A stretch of DNA of 32,000 nucleotides from an uncultured Oscillibacter sp. (GTDB taxonomy: Bacteria > Bacillota > Clostridia > Oscillospirales > Oscillospiraceae). The notes beneath the pieces are model-generated. The model ran no database searches. It had not been told where the DNA came from and saw nothing but the letters and a program-made list of their open reading frames with translations. A program made the translations under genes and the position numbers. Positions 23,830 to 31,141 of the stretch are shown here, piece after piece. Each line of letters starts with the position of its first letter. Positions within the stretch are counted from its first letter, which is position 1. The stretch lies in the NCBI GenBank assembly GCA_910578935.1, contig CAJTSM010000002.1, forward strand, positions 107,151 to 139,150, read 5' to 3'.

Positions 23830-24008
23830 GGGCGGCAGATTGCCGCCCCTACGCGGCCTTCTATCGCCAGACGGACTGTAGGGGCGGCCCCCCTGGGCCG
23901 CCCGTTCCTTCGGCAGATCCGGCGGTTTCAGGGGACAGGCCGCCGAAGGCGGCGGCCCCTACGCGGCCTTCTATCGGCAGGCGGACCCGTAGGGGCGGAA
24001 TCCGCCCG
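23830..24008. repeat. cluster of palindromic elements including two 42-43-nt direct copies (23846-23887, 23956-23998)
   Basis: CCCCTACGCGGCCTTCTATCG[C/G]CAG[A/G]CGGAC..GTAGGGGCGG occurs twice, 110 bp apart, separated by a GTAGG-GGCGGCCC-CCCT-GGGCCGCC hairpin. Confidence 0.8.
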
Positions 24009-24040
24009 GCTCCCGCCATCTCCTCATTGCCAAAAGATGC

Positions 24041-24086
24041 AAACCCCCGGCGGACCATCGCAAGGCCCGCCGGGGGTTTTGTTTTT
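24041..24086. terminator. bidirectional terminator between dihydropyrimidinase and the convergent lipoprotein gene
   Basis: AAACCCCCGGCGG ... CCGCCGGGGGTTT stem, followed by TTTTGTTTTT on the plus strand. Confidence 0.65.
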
Positions 24087-24709
24087 CAGGACAAGGGCTG
24101 GGAAAGGGGCTCCTGGCTGAACATCACCGTCAAAGCGTACACATGCTCATAGCCCAGCTTCTCATACTCCTCCGGCTGGAAAAAGTACTCCGGGTCGTAG
24201 GACAAGACCTGGTTCTTCGTCGTGTTGATCTGGATGGCGATGGGAATCTCTCTCTCGTAGACGATCTCCGTGCGGCCAGCCAGGAAGCTGGTCGTCCGGC
24301 CCATGCCCTCGGGGTCGTCCAGGTCCTCCGTGCCCTCCCAGCTGGTGGCCGTATAGCCTCTTTCGCCAAATTGGGCCGCCTCCCGGAAGTCCTTCCGCAG
24401 ATCCTCAAAGCCGAAGCAGAGCCGGCCCTCCTTCGCCTTTTCATCCAGGGCCATTCCGGACCCGCCGCCGCCAATCCAGGGTTTCCATGTTCCGTCCGCC
24501 AGTTCATAGGCCGTCACGCACATCTTCTTCGCCGTCCCGTCCAGCACCACGTCAAAAAGGTGCTGGTCCATGTCCGCCCCCAGGAGCTTGGCAACGGCTT
24601 CCTCCTCCTCGTTCAGCTTGGCGGGCTCAATGTACATGGCCGGGGCCGTCTCGGCGGAGCACCCCGCCAGCAGGACCAGCAGGACTAGGAGCGCAAATAC
24701 GTTCTTCAT
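24086..24709 (-). CDS. hypothetical lipoprotein (207 aa)
   Basis: The start is set at ATG 24709 (MKNVFALLVLLVLLAGCSAE, a lipobox), preceded by GGAAAGGAAA. No recognisable domain. Confidence 0.7.
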   Translation of the reverse strand: MKNVFALLVLLVLLAGCSAETAPAMYIEPAKLNEEEEAVAKLLGADMDQHLFDVVLDGTAKKMCVTAYELADGTWKPWIGGGGSGMALDEKAKEGRLCFGFEDLRKDFREAAQFGERGYTATSWEGTEDLDDPEGMGRTTSFLAGRTEIVYEREIPIAIQINTTKNQVLSYDPEYFFQPEEYEKLGYEHVYALTVMFSQEPLSQPLS

Positions 24710-24817
24710 CGGATGTTTCCTTTCCGCAATTCTGCGTTGCCGCCGCTTCGGCTTGGATGAGCGCCAAACCGTCAGAGCGGGATAAAGTTCTTTTGGTAAC
24801 TTTTCTTTCAAGAAAAG

Positions 24818-25303
24818 TTACTCTCCCCAGTCTACATCAATGACCGTTCCGTTCTGGAACTCCACGGTTTCGCTCTTCATAATATAGTCCGTTTTCCCGA
24901 TGCGAACCTCCTGCTCCCCGACCTTCGTGGTCATAACCTCCTCCTTGGGCACCGTGGCGGTGCAGGTAAAATAGAGGTTCACATGGTCCGGGTCCTCGTG
25001 CCACTCCCCGTCGGGCCCCAGCTCCAGCCAGGGGGTGGCCTCCACGGACTCAATGCGCCCGTTCAGCCGGGCCCCGGAGGCCATCAGCGGGGAGGGAAGG
25101 TTTTCCTTGGAATTTTCGTACAGCTCCGCGGCTACGTTCTGCACCCGGACCACGTAGGTGATCTCCATGGTGGGCACCTCGATCGTTCCCCCCCGGTTCA
25201 GAATGCGCACGGCGGCATAGCCCGCCATAACCAGGATCAGGCCCACGGCGATGATGTCGATGATATTGAATTTCCCAATGCGGAATGCTTTCTTCTGTTC
25301 CAT
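24818..25303 (-). CDS. DUF4330-like membrane-anchored protein (161 aa)
   Basis: The start is set at ATG 25303 (MEQKKAFRIGKFNIIDIIAVGLILV...), preceded by GGAGG. One N-terminal TM helix plus a beta-rich domain, as in DUF4330 (from memory). Confidence 0.7.
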   Translation of the reverse strand: MEQKKAFRIGKFNIIDIIAVGLILVMAGYAAVRILNRGGTIEVPTMEITYVVRVQNVAAELYENSKENLPSPLMASGARLNGRIESVEATPWLELGPDGEWHEDPDHVNLYFTCTATVPKEEVMTTKVGEQEVRIGKTDYIMKSETVEFQNGTVIDVDWGE

Positions 25304-25362
25304 GCCAGACCTCCGTAACGGGCTCCGGGCCCGCCTTCTTTCGTGATTGATGGAGCCTTTTG

Positions 25363-25391
25363 TAGACAAGGCCCGGAAAATATTATATAAT
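25363..25391 (+). promoter_or_regulatory. promoter TAGACA-N17-TATAAT for the GT4-CsaB gene
   Basis: TAGACA at 25363-25368, 17-nt spacer, TATAAT at 25386-25391. Confidence 0.55.
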
Positions 25392-25423
25392 ACCTTTCAC
25401 CAAATCACAAGGGGATATTTTAC

Positions 25424-27655
25424 ATGAAGGTCATTCATCTCATCAGCGGCGGAGACTCCGGCGGGGCCAAAACCCACGTGCTGAGTCTCCTCCAGCATCT
25501 AAATGAAACCATTACCGCCCAGCTGGTCTGCTTCCGGGACGGTCCCTTCGCCGACGAAGCCCGGTCCCTGGGCATCCCTACTAAAATTATGGGCGGGAAC
25601 CATATCTTCAAAATCCGCCGGGAACTGGCGGACTATATCCGCCGGGAGGGTTTTCAGCTCATCCACTGCCACGGCTCCCGGGCCAATATGATCGGGGCCC
25701 TGCTTCGCCATGTCACGGGCCTGCCGGTGGTCACCACCATCCACAGCGATTATAAAATCGACTACATGGGCCGCCCCCTGGCCCGGTGCACCTTCGGCGT
25801 CATCAACACCTGGGCTCTCCGGCGGCTGGACTACCGGATCGGCGTGTCCGACGCCATGGTGGATCTCCTCATCTCCCGGGGCTTTCCGGCGGACCGGTTC
25901 TACGCCATCTACAACGGCATCGACTTCACTCCCGCGCCCGCCCAGGGGGACCGGCTGCCCTACCTCCGCTCCCTGGGGGCGGAGGTGGAGGCGGATTCCG
26001 TCGTCGTGGGCATCGCCGCCCGGCTGAACCCGGTGAAAGACATGTCCACGTTGATTCGCGGCTTTGCCGAAGCGTATAAATCATGTGATAAATTACGATT
26101 AGTAATTGCCGGGGACGGTGAAGAGCGGGAAAAGCTGGGGAATCTGGCTCGGGAATTGGGTGTGGAACGGCAGGTCACCTTCGCGGGGTGGATCAGCGGC
26201 GGCATGGACCGGTTTTACAGCGCCCTGGACATCAATGTCCTCACCAGCCTGTCCGAGACGTTTTCCTATGCTCTGACGGAGGGGGCCCGGTTCCACTTGG
26301 CCACGATCTCCACCGCCGTGGGGGGCATCCCCTATCTGATTGACCAGGGGGTCAACGGCTATTTGTTCCAGCCCCGGGACTGGCAGACCCTGGGGAAACG
26401 GCTGGCGGCCCTGGGGAATGACGGAGCTCTCCGGCATGAGATGGGGGAGAGGCTCTTTGAGAAGGCCTCCACCCAGTTTTCCATCGGGAAAACCGTGGAA
26501 ACGCAGCTTCACATTTACGGGGAAATCCTCCGCCGCCACGCCCGGCCGGGACGGGACCGGGACGGCGTGGTCATCTGCGGGGCCTATGGCCGGGGGAACG
26601 CCGGGGACGACGCGATCCTGGAGGCCATTCTGGAGGAAATGCGGTCCATCGATCCGGATCTGCCTGTGACGGTCATCTCCAAAAATCCCAAGGCCACCCG
26701 CCTTGCCTACCGGGTCCGCTCCGTCAGCCGGATGGACCTGCCGGGCTGGCTGGGCGCCATGAGGCGGGCAAAACTCTATATCAACGGCGGCGGCAGCCTG
26801 ATTCAGGACGTGACCTCCCGCCGGTCCCTGTGGTTTTATCTGATGAACATCCGTGCCGCCAAATGGGCTGGCTGCAAAGTGCAGATGTACGGCTGCGGCA
26901 TCGGCCCCGTCACCCGGTCCAAGCACCGGAAGCTGGCGGCCAAAACGCTGAACCGGAACGTGGACGTCATCACCCTCCGGGAACCGGATTCCCTGGAAGA
27001 ATTGAAGTCCATGGGGGTGAACCGGCCGGAGATTCAACTGACGGCGGACCCGGCTCTGACCTTGTCCCCCGCCGCGGAGGAAAAAACGGACAGCATTCTC
27101 CTCCGGGCGGGAATTCCGCCCCGGGGGAACTATATCTGCTTTGCCCTCCGCCCCTGGCAGGGCTTCCAGGAAAAAGCGCCTCTTTTCGGGGCCGCCGCCC
27201 GGTATGCCTGGGAGCGCTATGGCCTGACCCCCGTTTTTACGGCGGTGGAAAAGGGTCAGGACCCCGCCGCCGCCCGGCTGGCGGCTCAGGAGGGTCTGAA
27301 GGGCGTGCCCCATTATTTCCTGGATGACGCGGGAGCTGCGGGAACCATTATCGGGGCCCTCTCCCGGATGGAAGTGGTGGTGTCCATGCGCCTCCACGCC
27401 CTGATCTTTGCCTCCGGGCAGGGGATTCCCCTGGCGGGGGTGGTTTATGATCCCAAAGTCTCCTCCTTCCTCCGGTACATCGGCCAGAAAAACTTTGCGG
27501 ACCTGGATACGCTGACCGGGGAGATGCTCAAGGCCATGATCGACCGGGCCGCCGCTCAGGCCGGGGACAAGCCGGCCCAGGCGGAGGCGGTCCGGAGCTT
27601 GCGGGAGCTGGAGCGGGGGAACGTGGATATTGCAAAGCGTCTGCTGGAGGGATGA
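25424..27655 (+). CDS. csaB: fusion protein: N-terminal GT4 glycosyltransferase + C-terminal polysaccharide pyruvyl transferase CsaB
   Basis: Residues 1 to about 370 look like GT4 (MKVIHLISGGDSGGAKTH..., EtFSYALTEGARFHLATISTAVGGIPYLI). From about nt 26565, VVICGAYGRGNAGDDAILEAIL ... INGGGSLIQDVTSRRSL ... SMRLHALIF matches the CsaB pattern. One uninterrupted 743-aa frame. Confidence 0.85.
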   Translation: MKVIHLISGGDSGGAKTHVLSLLQHLNETITAQLVCFRDGPFADEARSLGIPTKIMGGNHIFKIRRELADYIRREGFQLIHCHGSRANMIGALLRHVTGLPVVTTIHSDYKIDYMGRPLARCTFGVINTWALRRLDYRIGVSDAMVDLLISRGFPADRFYAIYNGIDFTPAPAQGDRLPYLRSLGAEVEADSVVVGIAARLNPVKDMSTLIRGFAEAYKSCDKLRLVIAGDGEEREKLGNLARELGVERQVTFAGWISGGMDRFYSALDINVLTSLSETFSYALTEGARFHLATISTAVGGIPYLIDQGVNGYLFQPRDWQTLGKRLAALGNDGALRHEMGERLFEKASTQFSIGKTVETQLHIYGEILRRHARPGRDRDGVVICGAYGRGNAGDDAILEAILEEMRSIDPDLPVTVISKNPKATRLAYRVRSVSRMDLPGWLGAMRRAKLYINGGGSLIQDVTSRRSLWFYLMNIRAAKWAGCKVQMYGCGIGPVTRSKHRKLAAKTLNRNVDVITLREPDSLEELKSMGVNRPEIQLTADPALTLSPAAEEKTDSILLRAGIPPRGNYICFALRPWQGFQEKAPLFGAAARYAWERYGLTPVFTAVEKGQDPAAARLAAQEGLKGVPHYFLDDAGAAGTIIGALSRMEVVVSMRLHALIFASGQGIPLAGVVYDPKVSSFLRYIGQKNFADLDTLTGEMLKAMIDRAAAQAGDKPAQAEAVRSLRELERGNVDIAKRLLEG

Positions 27656-27656
27656 C

Positions 27657-27830
27657 TCAGCGGGAGCAAATGGCCCGCTGGGTGCTGATGGTGGCCAGGG
27701 TATCCCCCAGCTGAACCAGGATGGCCGCCGCCAGGTCCAGCTCTTCGCCGTTCAGCCGCTCCGCGATGGCCACCGCCAGGGTGTTGACGGCGGTGGTCAG
27801 GGCCAGGGGGTCGCAGTTTGGGTTTCTCAT
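27657..27830 (-). CDS. small hypothetical protein (57-61 aa) with Ala/Leu-rich LGDTLATI motif
   Basis: MRNPNCDPLALTTAVNTLAVAIAERLNGEELDLAAAILVQLGDTLATISTQRAICSR resembles small proteins I have seen repeatedly in Clostridia. GGTGAT lies 4 nt before ATG 27830; alternative starts extend up to 27842. Confidence 0.5.
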   Translation of the reverse strand: MRNPNCDPLALTTAVNTLAVAIAERLNGEELDLAAAILVQLGDTLATISTQRAICSR

Positions 27831-27879
27831 AAGCATCACCACTGACAGTCTATGAGGCGCGGCTCCGGCCCGTTCCCCC

Positions 27880-27908
27880 TTGTCTTTCTCTCCCGTTTCC
27901 TGTACAAT
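27880..27908 (+). promoter_or_regulatory. promoter TTGTCT-N17-TACAAT for the FMN-dependent dehydrogenase gene
   Basis: TTGTCT at 27880-27885, 17-nt spacer, TACAAT at 27903-27908. Confidence 0.55.
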
Positions 27909-27958
27909 GAAAGCAAATCCAAGACCTTATAATTTTGACATATCTGGAGGAATCTACC

Positions 27959-28978
27959 ATGACCTATCAGGAAGTCCTGGCAAACGCCCGTACCTGCATG
28001 GGCCCCCACTGCAAATCCTGTCCCACCTGCAACGGCCTGGCCTGCCGCAACACCATGCCCGGCCCCGGAGCCAAGGGCATCGGCACTGGATTTATCCGCA
28101 ACTACCAGAAGTGGCAGGAGCTCTGCGTCAACATGGACACCATCTGCGAGAACAAGCCTGTGGACACTTCCTTCACCCTCTTTGGGCAGACAGCGGCCCT
28201 CCCCGTCTTCGCCGCCCCCGTGGGGGCCATGCAGCTCCATTACGGGGATAAGTACGATGATCTGGCCTATAACGACATCTTAGTCGCCGCCTGTGCGGAA
28301 GCGGGCATCGCCGCTTTCACCGGGGACGGCACCAATCCCGCAGTCATGGAAGCCGCGGCGGAGGCCCTGAAAAAGCAGCACGGCCGGGGCGTACCCACGA
28401 TCAAGCCTTGGAACATCGAGACGATCCGGGAGAAACTGGCCCTGGTGCAGGCGGCGGAACCCTTCGCCATCGCCATGGACATCGACGCGGCGGGCCTGCC
28501 CTTCCTGAAAAACCTCCAGCCCCCGGCGGGCAGCAAAACCGTGGAGGAACTGAAAGAAATCGTGAAAATGGCTGGGCGTCCCTTCATTCTCAAGGGCATC
28601 ATGACCGTCCGGGGGGCGGAGAAGGCCCTGGAGGCGGGAGCCGCGGGCATTGTGGTTTCCAACCACGGCGGCCGGGTGCTGGACCAGTGCCCCGCCACGG
28701 CTGAGGTCCTTCCCGCCATTGCCGGCGCCGTGGGCGGAAAAATGGCGATTTTGGTGGACGGCGGCATCCGCTCCGGCCTGGATGTGTTCAAGGCCCTGGC
28801 CCTGGGTGCGGACGCGGTGCTGATCGGCCGGCCTTTTGTAAACATGGTCTACGGCGGCGGCGCCGAAGGCGTGCGGGTGTACGTAGAGAAGCTGAAAGCC
28901 GAGCTGGCCGACGCCATGGCCATGTGCGGGGCCCACTCCCTGGCGGAGATTCGCCGGGATATGATCTTTGGATACTGA
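27959..28978 (+). CDS. FMN-dependent alpha-hydroxy-acid dehydrogenase/oxidase family protein with N-terminal Cys cluster
   Basis: TIM-barrel FMN-dehydrogenase motifs (ILKGIMT, GIVVSNHGGR, DGGIRSG, ALALGADAVLIGRP). GGAGG lies 8 nt before ATG 27959. The N-terminus reads CMGPHCKSCPTCNGLAC. Confidence 0.85.
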   Translation: MTYQEVLANARTCMGPHCKSCPTCNGLACRNTMPGPGAKGIGTGFIRNYQKWQELCVNMDTICENKPVDTSFTLFGQTAALPVFAAPVGAMQLHYGDKYDDLAYNDILVAACAEAGIAAFTGDGTNPAVMEAAAEALKKQHGRGVPTIKPWNIETIREKLALVQAAEPFAIAMDIDAAGLPFLKNLQPPAGSKTVEELKEIVKMAGRPFILKGIMTVRGAEKALEAGAAGIVVSNHGGRVLDQCPATAEVLPAIAGAVGGKMAILVDGGIRSGLDVFKALALGADAVLIGRPFVNMVYGGGAEGVRVYVEKLKAELADAMAMCGAHSLAEIRRDMIFGY

Positions 28979-28988
28979 GAGGCAGGAA

Positions 28989-29016
28989 ACGGCGGCGTCC
29001 GGATGGACGCCGCCGT
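28989..29016. terminator. hairpin between the FMN-dehydrogenase gene and the convergent MATE gene
   Basis: ACGGCGGCGTCC-GGAT-GGACGCCGCCGT. T-tracts are weak on both strands. Confidence 0.5.
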
Positions 29017-29035
29017 CTTCGTCGTGTCTGCGCGT

Positions 29036-30445
29036 CTACGCCCCGCCGTCTTTTTCCAGCGCGTCCATCTCCCGCAGGGCCCGGAGCTGGATGGGCACCG
29101 CGCAGAGCAGTGTCAAAAGATCCGCCGCCGCCTGGGTCATCTCCACGCCCAAAAGTCCCAGAGCAGCGGAGAGGAGATACACCAGGGGGATGAAAAAGAC
29201 GCCTTGCCGGGACATGGCCAGGAACGTGGCCCCGGCGGTTTTGCCAATGGTCTGGAGCATCATGTTGCTCATGACAATCCACCCGGAGAGGCACAGGGTC
29301 ACGCATTGGAACCGCAGGGCTGCGGTCCCAATCCGAATAACCTCCGGGTCGTCCCGGAACACGGCGATAAGCTGGGGGGCAAAGGTGAACCCCAAAATGC
29401 TCACCGCCAGGAGAAAACCGGTGGAGGTTTTCACACAGAACCAGAATCCCTCTTTCACCCGGCGGTACAGCCGCGCGCCATAATTGAAGCCGCAGACGGG
29501 CTGGAACCCCTGGCCAAAGCCGATCATGGCGGAACCGCCGAACATCATGATCCTCTGGACCACGCCCATGGCGGCGATGGCCGCGTCACCGTAAGGGCCG
29601 GCGGCCCGGTTCAGGCAGATGGCAGCCACACTGGCCAGGCCCTGCCGGGCCAGGGAGGGGAGTCCTCCCCGGACAATCTGCATGTAATAGGGCAGTTTCA
29701 GCTGGACCCGGGAGAAGTGAATGTGGAGATTTCCCCCTTTCGCGCAGCCCGCCAGAAGAAGGCAGAAACTGACAAACTGGCTGACAATGGTGGCCCAGGC
29801 CGCCCCGGCCACTCCCAGGCCGGCAGCGAAGATCAGCAGCGGGTCCAGCGCGATGTTCAGCACCGCCCCGCTGGCAATGCCCACCATGGCATAGGCGGCG
29901 GAACCCTGGTAGCGGAGCTGATTGTTCAGCACCAGGGAGGAGGTCATCCAGGGGGCCCCGAAGAGAATCACCTGGAGATAGGCCTTCGTATAGGGCAGAA
30001 TGGTGGCGGTGGAACCCAGGAGCATAGCCAGGGGCTCCAGAAACATCTGGCCCAGGATGCAGATCAGCGTCCCCGCCGCCAGGGCGGTAAAAAATCCGGT
30101 GGCGGCCATGTTGCTGGCCTCCTCAAAATTCTGCTTCCCCAGCTCCCGGGAAATGAAATTCCCGCTGCCGTGGCCGAAGAAAAATCCCACGGCCTGAATA
30201 ATGGCCATCAGGGAAAAGACCACGCCCACCGCCCCGGTGGCGCTGTTGCTTTTCAGCATGCCCACAAAAAAGGTGTCGGCCATGTTGTAAAAAGACGTGA
30301 CCAGCATGCTGATGATGCAGGGGAGCGCCAGCCGGCAGATCAGGCGGCTGACGGGGGTTTCCGTCATTTGGTGGAATTTCTGTTCCTGTTTTTCATCCAT
30401 ATGGCCGTCCATAAGTAAGCCCGTCCTTCTCAGTCTTTTTGTCAT
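29036..30445 (-). CDS. MATE-family efflux transporter
   Basis: 12-TM protein with the typical MATE N-terminus (PVSRLICRLALPCIISMLV). The start is uncertain: ATG 30445 has no SD and sits 8 nt after a TGTTATACT -10 element. Alternatives are ATG 30412 and ATG 30367. Confidence 0.88.
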   Translation of the reverse strand: MTKRLRRTGLLMDGHMDEKQEQKFHQMTETPVSRLICRLALPCIISMLVTSFYNMADTFFVGMLKSNSATGAVGVVFSLMAIIQAVGFFFGHGSGNFISRELGKQNFEEASNMAATGFFTALAAGTLICILGQMFLEPLAMLLGSTATILPYTKAYLQVILFGAPWMTSSLVLNNQLRYQGSAAYAMVGIASGAVLNIALDPLLIFAAGLGVAGAAWATIVSQFVSFCLLLAGCAKGGNLHIHFSRVQLKLPYYMQIVRGGLPSLARQGLASVAAICLNRAAGPYGDAAIAAMGVVQRIMMFGGSAMIGFGQGFQPVCGFNYGARLYRRVKEGFWFCVKTSTGFLLAVSILGFTFAPQLIAVFRDDPEVIRIGTAALRFQCVTLCLSGWIVMSNMMLQTIGKTAGATFLAMSRQGVFFIPLVYLLSAALGLLGVEMTQAAADLLTLLCAVPIQLRALREMDALEKDGGA

Positions 30446-30453
30446 TTTTTAAT

Positions 30454-30462
30454 AGTATAACA
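30454..30462 (-). promoter_or_regulatory. extended -10 TGTTATACT immediately upstream of the MATE ORF
   Basis: Minus-strand TGtTATACT. Only 8 nt separate the hexamer from ATG 30445. Confidence 0.4.
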
Positions 30463-30544
30463 CGGTTTGTCCCGGAACGGAAGCGGGATCTTGAAATTTT
30501 GGGGCAGGGACGGCGGACGGCCCCGCCGCATAGGATGGAACAGA

Positions 30545-30566
30545 TACCCGGCATGCCGGGTAGAAT
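30545..30566 (+). promoter_or_regulatory. perfect 18-bp palindrome TACCCGGCATGCCGGGTA overlapping a TAGAAT -10 element (candidate operator)
   Basis: Palindrome at 30545-30562 and TAGAAT at 30561-30566, in the divergent MATE / Cys-rich-gene intergenic region. Confidence 0.4.
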
Positions 30567-30588
30567 TTCCAGGAAACGAGGGATTCCT

Positions 30589-30936
30589 TTGCGTATCAAT
30601 GAAGCCTATGAGCATGAAGCCATTCTCTCCCGCCAGGGAGACGAATGTGGCAGCGGCTGCAATAAAATCGTGACCCAGTGCGTCGATGTCACCGCCCCGG
30701 TGACCCTGGTCCCCAACGCCTCCCTGGGCACCGTAACGGTGGCCTGTCAGGGCGTGCCCGTGGTGAGCTGCGTCACCGACCCCTGCGGCACCTCCAGCAC
30801 CATCACCGTCACCCAGCGGGTCTGCGTCACGATTCCCGTGCGCTACGACGTGAGCATGTCTACCGGCGACCCCACGATCTCCTGTGCCGACGGCGGGGCC
30901 TGCGGCCCCTGCTCTCCCTGCGGCTGCAAGGTCTAA
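30589..30936 (+). CDS. cysteine-rich small protein (about 115 aa, 12 Cys), hypothetical
   Basis: The ORF is open from 30439. I favour TTG 30589 because GAGGGA lies 5 nt upstream and a TAGAAT -10 lies at 30561-30566. The in-frame ATGs at 30535 and 30553 lack an SD. The sequence is rich in V/T/C beta-strand-like repeats and ends in CGPCSPCGCKV. Confidence 0.55.
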   Translation: MRINEAYEHEAILSRQGDECGSGCNKIVTQCVDVTAPVTLVPNASLGTVTVACQGVPVVSCVTDPCGTSSTITVTQRVCVTIPVRYDVSMSTGDPTISCADGGACGPCSPCGCKV

Positions 30937-30944
30937 GTGTCCAT

Positions 30945-30981
30945 AAGAATCCCCGGCCGCTGACACGGTCGGGGATTCTTC
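30945..30981 (+). repeat. copy 1 of a 37-bp direct repeat (hairpin) also present at 31142-31178
   Basis: AAGAATCCCCGGCCGCTGACACGG[T/C]CGGGGATTCTTC, 36/37 identical. The single difference converts a G-C pair to G-U. Confidence 0.85.
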
Positions 30982-31141
30982 CGGCTGGCGGAAACCTCTT
31001 TCCGCCAACCGGAAGAAGTTTTTCAGGCCTAAAGGCCCTGAAAAATTCTTGATTCAAAACGAAAGGAACCCCTCCTGGGTTCCTCTCGTAACTCTCTTCC
31101 TTCCCGTCATTTCACCCTTCCCCATCCTTTTCGGAAGGCTG

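Noticed and set aside
3346-24008. The recurring GC-rich repeats considered as a CRISPR array.
   Set aside because: The copies are scattered over 20 kb in separate intergenic regions at irregular spacing, in both orientations and with variable lengths. No cas genes or regular repeat-spacer periodicity are present.
31054-31110. 18-aa basic peptide ORF (MTGRKRVTRGTQEGFLSF) on the minus strand inside the segment flanked by the 37-bp repeats.
   Set aside because: It is very short, the SD-like GGGTGA is too close to the ATG, and the frame overlaps a strong hairpin. There is no support beyond an open frame.
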